Assembly: GCF_006345805.1 (NCBI RefSeq)
Contig: NC_043006.1
Coordinates: 105,276,001-105,340,000, forward strand
DNA: 64,000 nt
Direction: 5' to 3'
Source of the DNA: Octopus sinensis
Lineage: Eukaryota
Shown here: positions 51,361 through 63,788 of the stretch, piece after piece
Numbering within the stretch: the first letter of the stretch is position 1
Layout: each line of letters opens with the position of its first letter
The notes under the pieces: model-generated
What the model was told of the DNA's origin: nothing
What the model saw: the letters and a program-made list of their open reading frames with translations, nothing else
Database searches by the model: none
Program-made: the position numbers and the translations under genes

Positions 51361-52706
51361 ATTGATAAAACGGTAAGATAACAAAAGAAAGAAAGAGACC
51401 TCAATATTATGTAAATAGAGGAAATTTATCTATACAATATGTTACATTACTCGGTAGTCAAGATAAAACTCTGAGTTTCAGATGCCGAAGTGGAAATTCA
51501 CAACCCATCTCTTCGGTTATCTGGCTATTTGAAAACGTTATGAAAAATACCGTTAAAAATGAAGGGAAATTACTCTGTTATAACTCTGCTTTGCCTGCGT
51601 ACTTATACATCGCTCGCATTTTTCGTCATAAAAATTATATAAAAATACATAAAAATATATAAAAATACATAAAAATATATAAAATCTTCTGGGACATAAC
51701 ACAGAAAGCATGTTCTATCCGTTTTCTTTAGGGGACCAAAAACGTAACAGAAATTTAGTCACATGTGGGCATGATCCGAAAAGCTCTGTCCTTGTATTTA
51801 GACATGTGGTAGGGTCTAAGCTGCTTTTCCAGATAAGCCATCTCTCCATGTCGCATAAACCGCACCTTCCGCTGCCGTTAGTATAGGGCTTACATCTGGC
51901 CAAAATCTTCCATTGTATGTTATAATCGACCCTTATCTCTTAAAGACCAAATATGATTGGATAATTGTGTCGCTTTTCTTTTGTTCCAGTGCCTAAAGCT
52001 CAAAGTGTGGTTATTGAACCTGGCCTTGAAATTACCCTCTGTCAGGCCCACGTATTTCTTCGTCGAAACGGTGTCTTTAGTGGTTATAGAGTTTACGGTA
52101 GCTTCATATATGATGGTCTTGGACATGCAAGCTCCATTTAGCGGGCACAATTCTTTATTCCTGCATGAACAGCTGTTTTCTTCTTGTTGTTTTTTGTATG
52201 TTATGATTGATCATGTTTTTAAAATTGGTAGTTGAACTAAAACTAATTTTTAAATTGTGTCTATTAAAGAGTTTCCTATAAGCATGGTTAACTGGAAAAT
52301 GTCTATCTATCAGTGCTAGGAAATATTTACCTATATTGAAGGCCACCTCGGGTGAGTAAGGGGGCGTAAACCAGATGACCTCCTATTTCTATTATTCCTT
52401 TTCCTTATTGTTGGGCTGGTGATAGGTGTAATATTTTTATTTTTTCGCTAAAACCACTATCTTTTAAAGCTTTATTATAAACTGGGGCAACGCTATTGAA
52501 GATGTCCTCATTAGATGAGAGGCTAGAAATCCTCTTACTAATATTTTTAACTAAATTTTTGAATACTATAGGGGGTGGCATGAACCTACATTAATATAAC
52601 TTAGTCTATCATTGGGCTTCCTATAAGGCTTATAAATATTATTATTAAGATCTAAGGAAACGTCTAAGAAATTGACAACCGTCAGGTTAGTGTCTATAGT
52701 TATACT
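51361..52706 (-). mobile_element. Penelope-like element 3' part (RT thumb + C-terminal GIY-YIG + 3' tail), left arm of palindrome
   Basis: ITIDTNLTVVNFLDVSLDL...YKPY...SCHPP; CPLNGAC...IIYEATV...KYVGLTEGNFKARFNNH...CGLC (ORFs 52155-52346, 51920-52150, 51715-51903). Confidence 0.92.
51461..51522 (-). ncRNA. Hammerhead-like motif in PLE 3' tail (CCGAAGA variant)
   Basis: AGATAA-CCGAAGA-GATG...CATC-t-GAAA-CTCAGAG-TT-TTATCT: 6-bp stem I, 4-bp stem II, ACTC/GAGT stem III, in the sense of the PLE ORF. Confidence 0.5.
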
Positions 52707-52726
52707 ATAGACACTAGTATAACTAT

Positions 52727-54000
52727 AGTATAACTATAGACACTAACCTGACGGTTGTCAATTTCTTAGACGTTTCCTTAGATCTTAATAATAATATTTA
52801 TAAGCCTTATAGGAGCCCAATGATAGACTAAGTTTATTAATGTAGGTTCATGCCATCCCCTATGTATTCAAAATTTAGTTAAAAATATTAGTAAGAGGAT
52901 TTCTAGCCTCTCATCTAATGAGGACATCTTCAATAGCGTTGCCCCAGTTTATAATAAAGCTTTAAAAGATAGTGGTTTTAGCGAAAAAATAAAATATACA
53001 CCTATCACCAGCCCAACAATAAGGAAAAGGAATAATAGAAATAGGAAGGTCATCTGGTTTACGCCCCCTTACTCACCCGAGGTGGCCTTCAATATAGGTA
53101 AATATTTCCTAGCACTGATAGATAGACATTTTCCAGTTAACCACGCTTATAGGAAACTCTTTAATAGACACAATTTAAAAATTAGTTTTAGTTCAACTAC
53201 CAATTTTAAAACATAATCAATCATAACATACAAAAAACACAAGAAGAAAACAGCTGTTCATGCAGGAATAAAGAATTGTGCCCGCTAAATGGAGCTTGCA
53301 TGTCCAAGACCATCATATATGAAGCTACCGTAAACTCTATAACCACTAAAGACACCGTTTCGACGAAGAAATACGTGGGCCTGACAGAGGGTAATTTCAA
53401 GGCCAGGTTCAATAACCACACTTTGAGCTTTAGGCACTGGAACAAAAGAAAAGCGACACAATTATCCAATCATATTTGGTCTTTAAGAGATAAAGGTGTC
53501 GATTATACATACAATGGAAGATTTTGGCCAGATGTAAGCCCTATACTAACGGCAGCGGAAGGTGCGGTTTATGCGACATGGAGAGATGGCTTATCTGGAA
53601 AAGCAGCTTAGACCCTACCACATGTCTAAATACAAGGACAGAGCTTTTCGGATCATGCCCACATGTGACTAAATTTCTGTTACGTTTTTGGTCCCCTAAA
53701 GAAAACGGATAGAACATGCTTTCTGTGTTATGTCCCAAGAAGATTTTATATATTTTTATATTTTTATATATTTTTATGTATTTTTATATAACTTTTATGA
53801 CGAAAATGCGAGCGATGTATAAGTACGCAGGCAAAGCAGAGTTATAACAGAGTAATTTCCCTTCATTTTTAACGGTATTTTTTCATAACGTTTTCAAATA
53901 GCCAGATAAGCGAAGAGATGGTGTTGTGGATTTCCACTTCGGCATCTGAAACTCAGAGTTTTATCTTGACTACCGAGTAATGTAACATATTGTATAGATA
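52727..54000 (+). mobile_element. Penelope-like element 3' part, right arm of palindrome
   Basis: Reverse complement of the left arm apart from scattered 1-nt indels; GIY-YIG ORFs 53276-53611 and 53524-53712. Confidence 0.92.
53904..53966 (+). ncRNA. Mirror copy of the PLE hammerhead-like motif
   Basis: agataa-gcgaaga-gatg..gtggatttccac..catc-t-gaaactcagagtt-ttatct. Confidence 0.45.
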
Positions 54001-54008
54001 TATATATG

Positions 54009-54054
<46 letters not shown>

Positions 54055-54152
54055 TCAATATATATATATATATATGTACATATATATGTATCAATATATA
54101 TATATATATAATAATATATACATGTATTATATATATATCATGTATATATATA

Positions 54153-54186
<34 letters not shown>

Positions 54187-54188
54187 TG

Positions 54189-54226
<38 letters not shown>

Positions 54227-54249
54227 GAGACACACATACATACATATAA

Positions 54250-54960
54250 ATGTATGGCATAAATTAATTTTAAGCGTACATCTTTTGACTTTACAATGGA
54301 TCTTCGACGATTTCTATAACCAGGATTCAGCTGTTGGATCAAATGAATTACTTGCTCCTGAATTAACATCTACGTGGCTGAATATTCCTCAGAAATATTA
54401 ATCTTTGAAGTCATTCTCAAACTGAATCAATGCAACACAGTTTGTGACGAGGATGTATCTTTGAATTTCGGTTACAACCCATTTAACGGTCGAACAGCTG
54501 TCTCCAACTTTCACTTTCACTTCTAAGGCTTGGTTTGACTGAAGGAAATGGTAAATGACAGGCACAATACATCTGACGAGTTAGAATTCAGTTTCTCTCC
54601 ACCGAAATACGCTGAACATATATGGATTGACCAAGAGTTATAGAGAATAACATTTGCTCAAGATGCCACGTAGTGGTATCATCCCCGGAACATGCAGGGA
54701 GCAGACCTATTTTTAAAATCATTTCCTAAGGGCAAGGCACTCGGATCATATTATGCAATGTGTCCACTTTTAAGAAATCCGTGTGTGTTTTAAGGGAGAT
54801 TCAGTTGCAATTTCTAAGAGACCAATTATCTACGCAGTGGCTGTTCCATTATACTGGCTTATAGACGTAATTGTCTTATGGTTGTTATTTAACAACAGGT
54901 CAACCTTGATCAACCGACCTGCGTTGAAAGAAGATCTGGCTGCGGCCATACCACCCGTAT
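54250..54960. repeat. Dispersed repeat, second copy at about 56195-56630 (same orientation)
   Basis: Shared ctttacaatggatcttcg.cgatttctataa...gaattaac..tac.tggctgaatattcctcaga...ttatagacgta.ttgtcttatggttgttatttaacaacaggtcaacc. Confidence 0.8.
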
Positions 54961-55695
54961 AGGAATATTTAGAAGTGCATTATTCAATATATCATTTATG
55001 CTTTAAATACATGACTCAAGAGATATTTCGCTACAGTTTCTGGTAGGTTGTTCAACAACAGCATACTTTTTCCGTAGCTCATTATCAATATAGTTCTTGT
55101 TTCTGAAGTTTTTGTAGAGTTTATCGGCATCTTTATTCTCATGTTTGTCAGATTGGAAAAAGTTCAGTAGTAATGTTATATCAAGTTTTTATGTTATTCT
55201 CACTAGCAGATGTTTCATTCCACATACGAACTTCATGAAGAGTGCAACATTCATTTCTTTTTCTTATGGTTTTAGATATTTAGGTAGAACTAGCACGACC
55301 ATCCTTGGACGGTTTTGAATGGCCATAGGGAGTACGAGCCCTCTAACTGAAAAACTGTGGATTTGTATAAAGGATACACACTCACACAGACAGACATTTT
55401 GCCGTTTATATATATATAAACATTATAATTGCTTTTATTTTAGGCAAAGAGCCAGCAAATTCGAGTGGAAAGTATTAGACGAGAGGAAATATTTAGTTGA
55501 TTACATCGATCCTAGTACTTGACTAGTACTTCGTTTTATCGATATCGAAGGGATGAAAGGCAAAATTGATTCCTCTTGGATTTTATACTACAATTCAAAG
55601 AGCAGGAAAAACCGCAAGGCATTTTCTACGATACTTTCGATTCTACTAATCCATGATAAATATATTTAAATAATGATAAAATATATTTAAATATA

Positions 55696-56085
55696 GGCGC
55701 AGGAGTGGCTGTGTGGTAAGTAGCTTGCTTACCAACCACATGGTTCCGGGTTCAGTCCCATTGCATGGCACCTTTGACAAGTGCTTTCTACTATAGTTTC
55801 GGAATGACCAATGCCTTTGTGAGTGGATTTGGTAGGCGGAAACTGAAAGAAGCTCGTCGTATATATGTATATGTATACATGTGTGTGTTTGTGTGTCTGT
55901 GTTTGTCCCTCCCAACATCGCTTGACAACCGATGCTGGTGTGTTTACGTCCCCGTAATTTAGCGGTTCAGCATAAGAGACCGACAGAATAAGTACTAGGC
56001 TTACAAAGAATAAGTCCTGGGGTCGATTTAGTCGACTAGAGGCGGTGCTCCAGCATGGCCAGTCAAATGACTGAAAAAAGTATGA
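55696..56085 (+). mobile_element. SINE family S2 (full length)
   Basis: ggcgcaggagtggctgtgtggtaagtagcttgc...gcatggccagtcaaatgactgaaa. Confidence 0.88.
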
Positions 56086-56649
56086 AAATGAATAGTTAAT
56101 GTCAATTGTGATATCTTCTGCATATTTCGAAACAGCTGGTGTTTTCATACTTGAAATGCATTTGTGGATAGAAAAAGGACCGCAGTGGAAAATTAATAAA
56201 TGTATGGCATATATTAATCTTGAGCGTGCATCTTCAGACTTTACAATGGATCTTCGTCGATTTCTATAATGAGCATTTAGCTGTTGGACCAAATGAATTA
56301 ATTGCTCCTGAATTAACGTGTACATGGCTGAATATTCCTCAGATTAATCTTCGAAGTAATTCTCAAACGGAATCAATGCAACACAGTTTTTGACCAGGCT
56401 GTATTATTGAATTTCGGTTACAACCCCTCCAACTGTCGAACGGCTTTCTCCACCTTTCTCTCATAAGGCTTGGTTTGACCTAAAGAAATGGTAAATGACA
56501 GTCATTTACGGGACCTGGGATCTTGTAATTGCGAAGCGAACTCGTTCACTCTTCAGCCGTGCTATTCCATTATACTGGGTTATAGACGTAGTTGTCTTAT
56601 GGTTGTTATTTAACAACAGGTCAACCTGTTTCCACGTTTATGACAGTGC

Positions 56650-57315
56650 TATTATTATTCTGGCAAAATCGTTAGCATGCCGGGCAAAATACTAAGCAGC
56701 ATTTTGTCTGAGTTCAAATACCGTCGAGGTCGACTTTGCCGTTCATCATTTCAGAGTCGATAAAATAAGTACCAGTTGAATACTGAGGTCCATGTAACAG
56801 ACTAGCACCCTTCCCAAAAATGCCTATAATAGACAGGATTAATATCATTGTTATTATTTATTAGGCGGTGAGCTGGTAGAGTCTTTGGTAGAGTCTTTGC
56901 AACTCAGACACAATACTTTGCACTATTTCTTCCGGCTCTTCAATTTCAGATAGCACAGAAGTCGACTTTGTCCATTATATTTTCGATAAAGTAACCACCA
57001 ATTAAACGCCTGAGTCGATGTAATTGACATACTGCCTCTCCTAAAACTGTTGGCCTTGTTCTAAATCCGAGACCAATATCATTATTTTTATATTTACGAC
57101 AGCAAAGTTGGCGCAGTGGCTGTAGCGTTATAGCACCGGATGAAATGCTTTGTGGTATTTTTTCGCGCTCGTTATGCATTGACTTCTCATCCCAGAGAGA
57201 TCAACTTTGTCTTTCAACGATAATGTAAATTACCAGTAAATTACTGGGGTCTGTAGTATCAACTAAACCCATTATTCTTAAAATTACAAACCTTGTGCCT
57301 AAATTAGAGACCATT
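56650..57315 (+). mobile_element. Three tandem degenerate S1-like SINEs
   Basis: Repeated gttcaaat..gtcgactttgcc..gataaa..taccag blocks. Confidence 0.7.
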
Positions 57316-57577
57316 ATTTACAGCGAAACTGATAATAAATAATATATGATTATTATTTTGATAAAAACTCCCCACATTGAAGATCGAAGCTACGTGACTT
57401 GTATATATACTATCAATCCAGAAGAATGCAAAACAAAAGTCGAGATTAATAAGAATAACTCAGAAGGCAAAATTAGATTTGGTAATCTACCAATGTCTTT
57501 GATACTAATTCTTAGAACCGAGCAACTCATATTGTGAAAGGAATACTGTTAACATAATCGATTTCAATACTATAGAT

Positions 57578-57736
57578 CAGGGGGCCCCAAACTTTTTAGA
57601 CCATCGGTCCCTTCATAGAGTCCTTGACCCCCCCCCCCGGCATGTGCAAGAAAATACATAAACAATAATAATGATTAAGTAGATGTACACTTATCGACCC
57701 CTTGAATGGTCCCGTCGACCACTTTGGAGACCCCTG
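57578..57736. mobile_element. hAT (Charlie-like) MITE, 159 bp
   Basis: TIRs cagggggccccaaa / tttggagacccctg; 8-bp TSD ctatagat (57570-57577) and ctgtagat (57737-57744). Confidence 0.85.
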
Positions 57737-58554
57737 CTGTAGATTGATACATATTATCAACTCCAGAAAGATTTTAAAGCATTGAACCAGTTTGTATTCC
57801 AGTCCAGAACGTCCGTATATGTAAATAAGCTGGAAAGATCGTTGGTTCGTTGGCCTTTGAATACTGACACCAACTACCCTTAACGATCATTACAACATAT
57901 GTGGTACTCGTATGAAATTCTAATAGACTTAAGAAATGACAGTAAGCTAGTCGATTCTATGGATCATAGGATGAGCACACAACATGCCTAACATAATTTC
58001 CCGCGATACAAATGATTAGTAGCTATATAATAATCGACATAACAATGGAAAATGACAATAATATTATACATCAGCGAATTCAAAGCTAATGCTTTAGTTA
58101 GATAGCTATTGCCTTCAATGCAATAGCTCAGTAAGTATCTATCATCTTATTTGTCATAGGTAAAACAAATGTAGCTGTTGACAAGTTGCCAGTAAGGTCA
58201 AATGTCTGTACTTTACAGAATAAACCTATAGTGGGATAGGTATTCTCATGAACGTTTTGTATAAAACATTTGAGGTTGGATGTGGGTGTGTGTGTGTGTG
58301 CATGCGTGCATAAAAACGTTAAATTGTGTGGAGCAGACGAAAGAGGAGTGTATGATACATGTTGTATATATGGATTATTGAAAGAGAATGTTTCTCGAAC
58401 GATATCATTGTCACGCCACCGCAATCTTGAGCGAAATGTATACGTACATACATACATGCATATATATATTCATATGGAGAGGGAGAGGGAGAGAGGGAGA
58501 CAGAGAAAGAGAGAGGCATATAAATGTATATATACATACGTATACACACAATTG

Positions 58555-58710
58555 CATGCGTATGCTTGGTTGTGCAGTAAGAAGCTTGCTTCTTAATCAC
58601 ATGGTTCCGAGTTCAGTTCCACTGCATGCCACTTTTTCTTCCAGTATATCCTTGGCCCAACTAAAGCCTTGTCAATGGATTTAGTAGACGAAAACTGAAA
58701 GAAGCCCGAC
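58555..58710 (+). mobile_element. SINE family S2, 5' half
   Basis: gttgtgcagtaagaagcttgct...cacatggttccgagttcagttcc...gaaaactgaaagaagcccg. Confidence 0.75.
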
Positions 58711-58924
58711 GTGTGGTCGTGTATATAATCATTTAAGAAATGATTATAGTAAAAAATGAGTTTGTCTACATTTGAACCATTTCTTATTTTGATTACTTAT
58801 TAATGGCTTGTACTAGCATTGTGTATATTAATTAATTTTAAAGTAAGGTATAATTTAAGTATTGTTTTTAGTTTTCATTTAATGTATATTTAGTATCTTA
58901 TACACACACACACACATATATATA

Positions 58925-58956
<32 letters not shown>

Positions 58957-59536
58957 CTATATTTAAAGAATATATTTATATTTTAAAAGATTTTTTATGC
59001 ATATTTATTAATTAGTTATTTTATTATTTTATTATTCTAGTTTATTTTTAACCTCATGAGTGGCTATATTTATATCGAAGTGATTTTACTATTACTATTA
59101 ATTTTTTTTACTATAATCTTTTCTTAAATATAGCCACTAAACACGTGTCGTTATTCTACCAAATATATTCGTTTTTATTATTATGTTGCAATTTACTTAA
59201 TCATCGATATATTATTGTTATTTTATTTTTAGTAGTTCTATTATATGTAATTTTCTAGATGGTGTAATTTAATTGTTCATTTTGAATTGATAAAAGGTGT
59301 TTTTTTTCTAATTTATATATATATATATATATATATACGTATGAATTGAGGATATAATCATTTAAAATGATTATATCAGTGGCTAGCGTATAAAAAGCTA
59401 GCATATCGGTAGAATTAACTTTTAAATATATGATTATAAAAATATAATTATAATTAAGGGCACTGGAGGGCCGACGCCAATACGTAGGAGTAGATATCAA
59501 ATATCTACAAGCCACTCTAAATTTGTTCTCTCCATT

Positions 59537-59603
<67 letters not shown>

Positions 59604-59751
59604 CCAAAATAAGCAACAAGGATATGCAGAGGTAATGGAGAGAATATTAAAATATTTTTGTTCGTCTTCACACCTGACTAGATCATGGAGCAGACTTCCA
59701 CCTCGACATCCGAAACTCTGAGTGTTGTTATGGCAACCGACTAATTGTCAC

Positions 59752-59822
<71 letters not shown>

Positions 59823-59939
59823 ATATGTATGTATTTATGTACACGCACACATATATATACAGAGAAAGATATATATATATTTATATATATAGGGGAGAGG
59901 CAGGTAGATAGACAGATAAATAGACAGATATATATATAT

Positions 59940-60120
<181 letters not shown>

Positions 60121-60447
60121 GCTGTTGATGATGAGGGTGGTGATGACAACGATAACGACGCAACAATCGCTATTTTCTGTCTATTTGCGAAATATTTCAT
60201 TGCCAATCGAGATCACTGATGAATTTGTCTCTTGTGATGGATTAGTATAGTTCATAATTGATATATTTATATAGATTTGTTTCTAGACGCCATTTTGTGT
60301 GTCTTTCTGTCAGTCTATATTCATGCATGAATGTTTATATGTGCATGGATACGTATGTATGTGAGAGTAACTGTGTATGAGTGTATGTATTTTTATTATG
60401 TGTGCATGGATGTAGTAGTATGTACGTACGTCCACACACACACAGAT

Positions 60448-60480
<33 letters not shown>

Positions 60481-61390
60481 GGAGATGTGTGCCTTGTCAG
60501 TGTACGCATACGTATATGCTTTTATGCTTGCTTGTTATTTCCCATCTACGGTCCAATTATAAATTACCCACTTTTATGATAACACCAATTTCCATGGGAA
60601 TATATCACAGCGTAATTTTCATGTCTTTTTCCTAATCCAATTAGGCTAATTACCTTTCAATGATTTTTTTTTAATCTTCAGTTTGAAATGTCAAGCAATT
60701 CCAAAGATTTTACTGTAATGAGGGTGATGAACTTGCGGTAATATTAATGTTTCGGATAAATACATAGTGAGTTCAAATCCGGCTGAAGTCGAATGTGTTT
60801 TTCAGCCATTCTCCTCACTTGAAATTTGAGGTATTGTGCATTCCGAAATTTTATGTTATCGGTCCCCGAAAAATAAATGAAGTTGACTTTGGAGTGATGA
60901 GGTAATTTGAACTCAGATGTTTACATTCCGACTTAATACCGCCGAGGTCAATGTTGCCTGCCATACCTCCAGAGTTATCTATGTAAGGAGTTCGGAGGTT
61001 TCGACTAATCTCTCATAATTTTCGGATCTTGTGCCTATATCACAAGCAATTTTTATTAAAAGAGGATGAGTTGGCAGAATCGTTAGTCATCTGAAAAATT
61101 CTTTGCATTATATCTTCTGAGTTCAAATCCCGCCGAAGTCAGAATCGATCGTATCGCCTAACCTGTGTTGATTCTATGGAATTTGAACAAGTTGGCCATA
61201 AGGTAGACATAACATAATTTTGCTTGAGAGAAATGATAATAAGCAATGGATTAAACTCTGTTTTTCATTCTTCTGGAATCAGTAAAATAGGGTTTGGTCA
61301 AGTAGTGTGATCGGTATATTAGATATTCGATTATACCCCAATCTCCCCCTCCTCTCTGCCTCTGTCTCTCTCTCTGTCCAATCTCCTCCT

Positions 61391-61424
<34 letters not shown>

Positions 61425-61789
61425 ATGTTAGACCCCGTGCCCGCATTAAAATCAATAATTTTCGGTAGGTGTATTAGAGGAAGACATTATTTTGCTGTAT
61501 TGAGCTATGTGTCTTCGATTTGGAATTTAAAGCCTATCAGGTTTCATTTTGCATCTAATTATTATAGAAGTCGAAAAAATATGCTATAATTTTATATTAG
61601 ACACGCTTAAATCGATTATAACTCCTACCGTATCAATGGCTCACTGGATAACGACTCAAATAACGGTGTTCAACCTATAGAAGTAACACGAAGTTTCCCT
61701 CTGTAGTTAATGCAATACACCCATATGCATATATATATATATATGTGTATGTGTGTGTGTGTGTTTGTGTGTCATTGTGTGTGTGTACT

Positions 61790-62095
61790 CTCTTATTCTT
61801 TTACTTGTTTCAGTCATTTGACTGTAGCCATGTTGGAGCACCGCCTTTAGTCGAGCAAATCGACCCCGGGACTTATTCTTTGTAAGCCTAGTACTTATTC
61901 TATCGGTCTCTTTTGCCGAACTGCTAAGTTACAGGGACGCAAACACACCAGCATCGGTTGTCAAGCGATGTTGGGGTGGGGGACAAACAGAGACACACAA
62001 ACATATAGACACACACATACACACATACGACAGGCTTCTTTCAGTTTCCGTCTACCAAATCCACTCACAAGGCTTTGGTAGAAGACACTTTGGTA
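61790..62095 (-). mobile_element. SINE family S2
   Basis: tttcagtcatttgactg...ccaaatccactcacaaggctttgg. Confidence 0.85.
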
Positions 62096-62295
62096 GAACC
62101 CGCATGGTTCTTGGTCTCAAGAATTTATCTTATGAATAAAGGCTGAAGACGCTCGACCTTTATTCTCTAGAAAAACAACGACGCCGTGGTGATCTCATTC
62201 TTGCTCATAACATCATAAGCGGAAAGTGTAACTTCTCGAAAGAGCAGTTCTTCACTCCTGCTCCGGAGCGTCGGCTGCGGGATCACTCCCACGTA

Positions 62296-62557
62296 GTCTT
62301 GGTGGCAGCCCGAGCATTTTATGACATAAATTATGTTTTCAGAGGCACAAGTAAAATTAGATTTGATCTTGAATTTCTGTCCCTCTTGAAGAGAGGAATT
62401 CTGATCCTTCTAGCAGTTTGGACATGTTGCACAGTTCGGTCTACCACATTTTTTTACTTTTGCATCCGTAATTTCAGAAAAAATTTTGCCTTTGTGAGAA
62501 TCTTTTTAAGCGATTTAGGTTGTTTGTAGCTTTTGATGATTTGGTGTATGTTTAGAA
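62296..62557 (-). mobile_element. Penelope-like element linker/GIY-YIG start, inverted segment
   Basis: KSYKQPKSLKKILTKAK...KKCGRPNCATC...FKIKSNFTCASENIIYVIKCSGCHQDYVG. Confidence 0.85.
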
Positions 62558-62985
62558 TTTCCTTTTATTTGGGGTCCTTATGAAGATAAACGCCTAAAAT
62601 TTAAAAACCTATTGAACAGCATAAACCCAAATATACAGTTCACAATGGAATACAACCAAACGGAGCTCCCATTCTTGGATATACTAATTAAAAAAATTAA
62701 CCTTAAAATAGAAACAGACATTTTTTACAAAGCCACAGACGCCAAACAATACCTTCTTTTTAATTCATGCCACCCAAGACACACTAAAACAAACATCCCC
62801 TTCAACCTTGCAAGAAGGATATGCACAATAGTGTCAGAACAATATACCAGGAACTTTAGACTGCAAGAACTCAAAAACACCCTAAAGGAAATTCTAAACA
62901 TACACCAAATCATCAAAAGCTACAAACAACCTAAATCGCTTAAAAAGATTCTCACAAAGGCAAAATTATTTTCTGAAATTACGGA
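62556..62985 (+). mobile_element. Penelope-like element RT C-terminal/thumb fragment
   Basis: FIWG...LNSINPNIQFTMEYNQTELPFLDILI...TDIFYKATDAKQYLLFNSCHPRHTKTNIPFNLARRI (ORF 62612-63016). Confidence 0.9.
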
Positions 62986-63460
62986 TGTATGTACAGCCAC
63001 GTTTGAGAAATCTTGAGTTGCACATGAGGAAGTAAGGAGGGATGTCAGGAAGGGCATCGCTGTTACACTTCCAGAAGGGAAGGGTCTTCCTTTGATTCTG
63101 ACAGGCAATGTCTGTGCAAGACCCTGCTTCAGTAAAGCTGGACTCATGAGTCATCTTCGTAGTCATAAAACGAGACAGATGAGTGACAACCTGGCCACTG
63201 GTGGTGGTGTAACACACCATACTAATCATATCTATCGGGTATGTGGAAGAGAGTGTAATTCGGCAGGAGGACTTAAACAACATGCAAAGGTACATGAAGC
63301 CCAGTTACAACTACAGCCGGCTATTACCAGTAAAGGTTTTAGTTGCCAATTTTGTACAAGACATTGTAGATCTTTAGCTGGGCTAAAAAGTCACATTCGA
63401 TCACTGCACCAGTAACAGTTAAGCTTCGTGCAATGGCCATACTCGATAACGAGGGGGCAG
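62986..63460 (+). mobile_element. 3' end of an RTE-like LINE encoding three C2H2-type zinc fingers
   Basis: FEKS.VAHEEVRRDVRKG is followed by ORF 63092-63415 with three C-x2-C-x12-H-x3/4-H units (first Cys mutated in fingers 1 and 2), then a short 3'UTR and (TATG)n tail. Confidence 0.65.
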
Positions 63461-63519
63461 TCATAATAACGTATGTATGTATGTATGTATGTATGTATGT
63501 GTGTGTATATGTTGTGTAT

Positions 63520-63675
63520 CTGTGTTTGTCCTCGTATCTTAGCGGTTCGGCAAAAAAGTCCGATAGAATAAGTACTAGGCTTACAAAGAATAAGTCCTGG
63601 GGTCGATTTGATTCGAGTAAAGGCGGTGCTCCAACATGGCCGCAGTCAAATTAATTAAACCAGTAAAAGAGTAAA
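63520..63675 (+). mobile_element. SINE family S2, 3' half
   Basis: cttagcggttcggcaaaa...gcggtgctccaacatggccgcagtcaaa. Confidence 0.8.
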
Positions 63676-63680
63676 GATAT

Positions 63681-63788
<108 letters not shown>

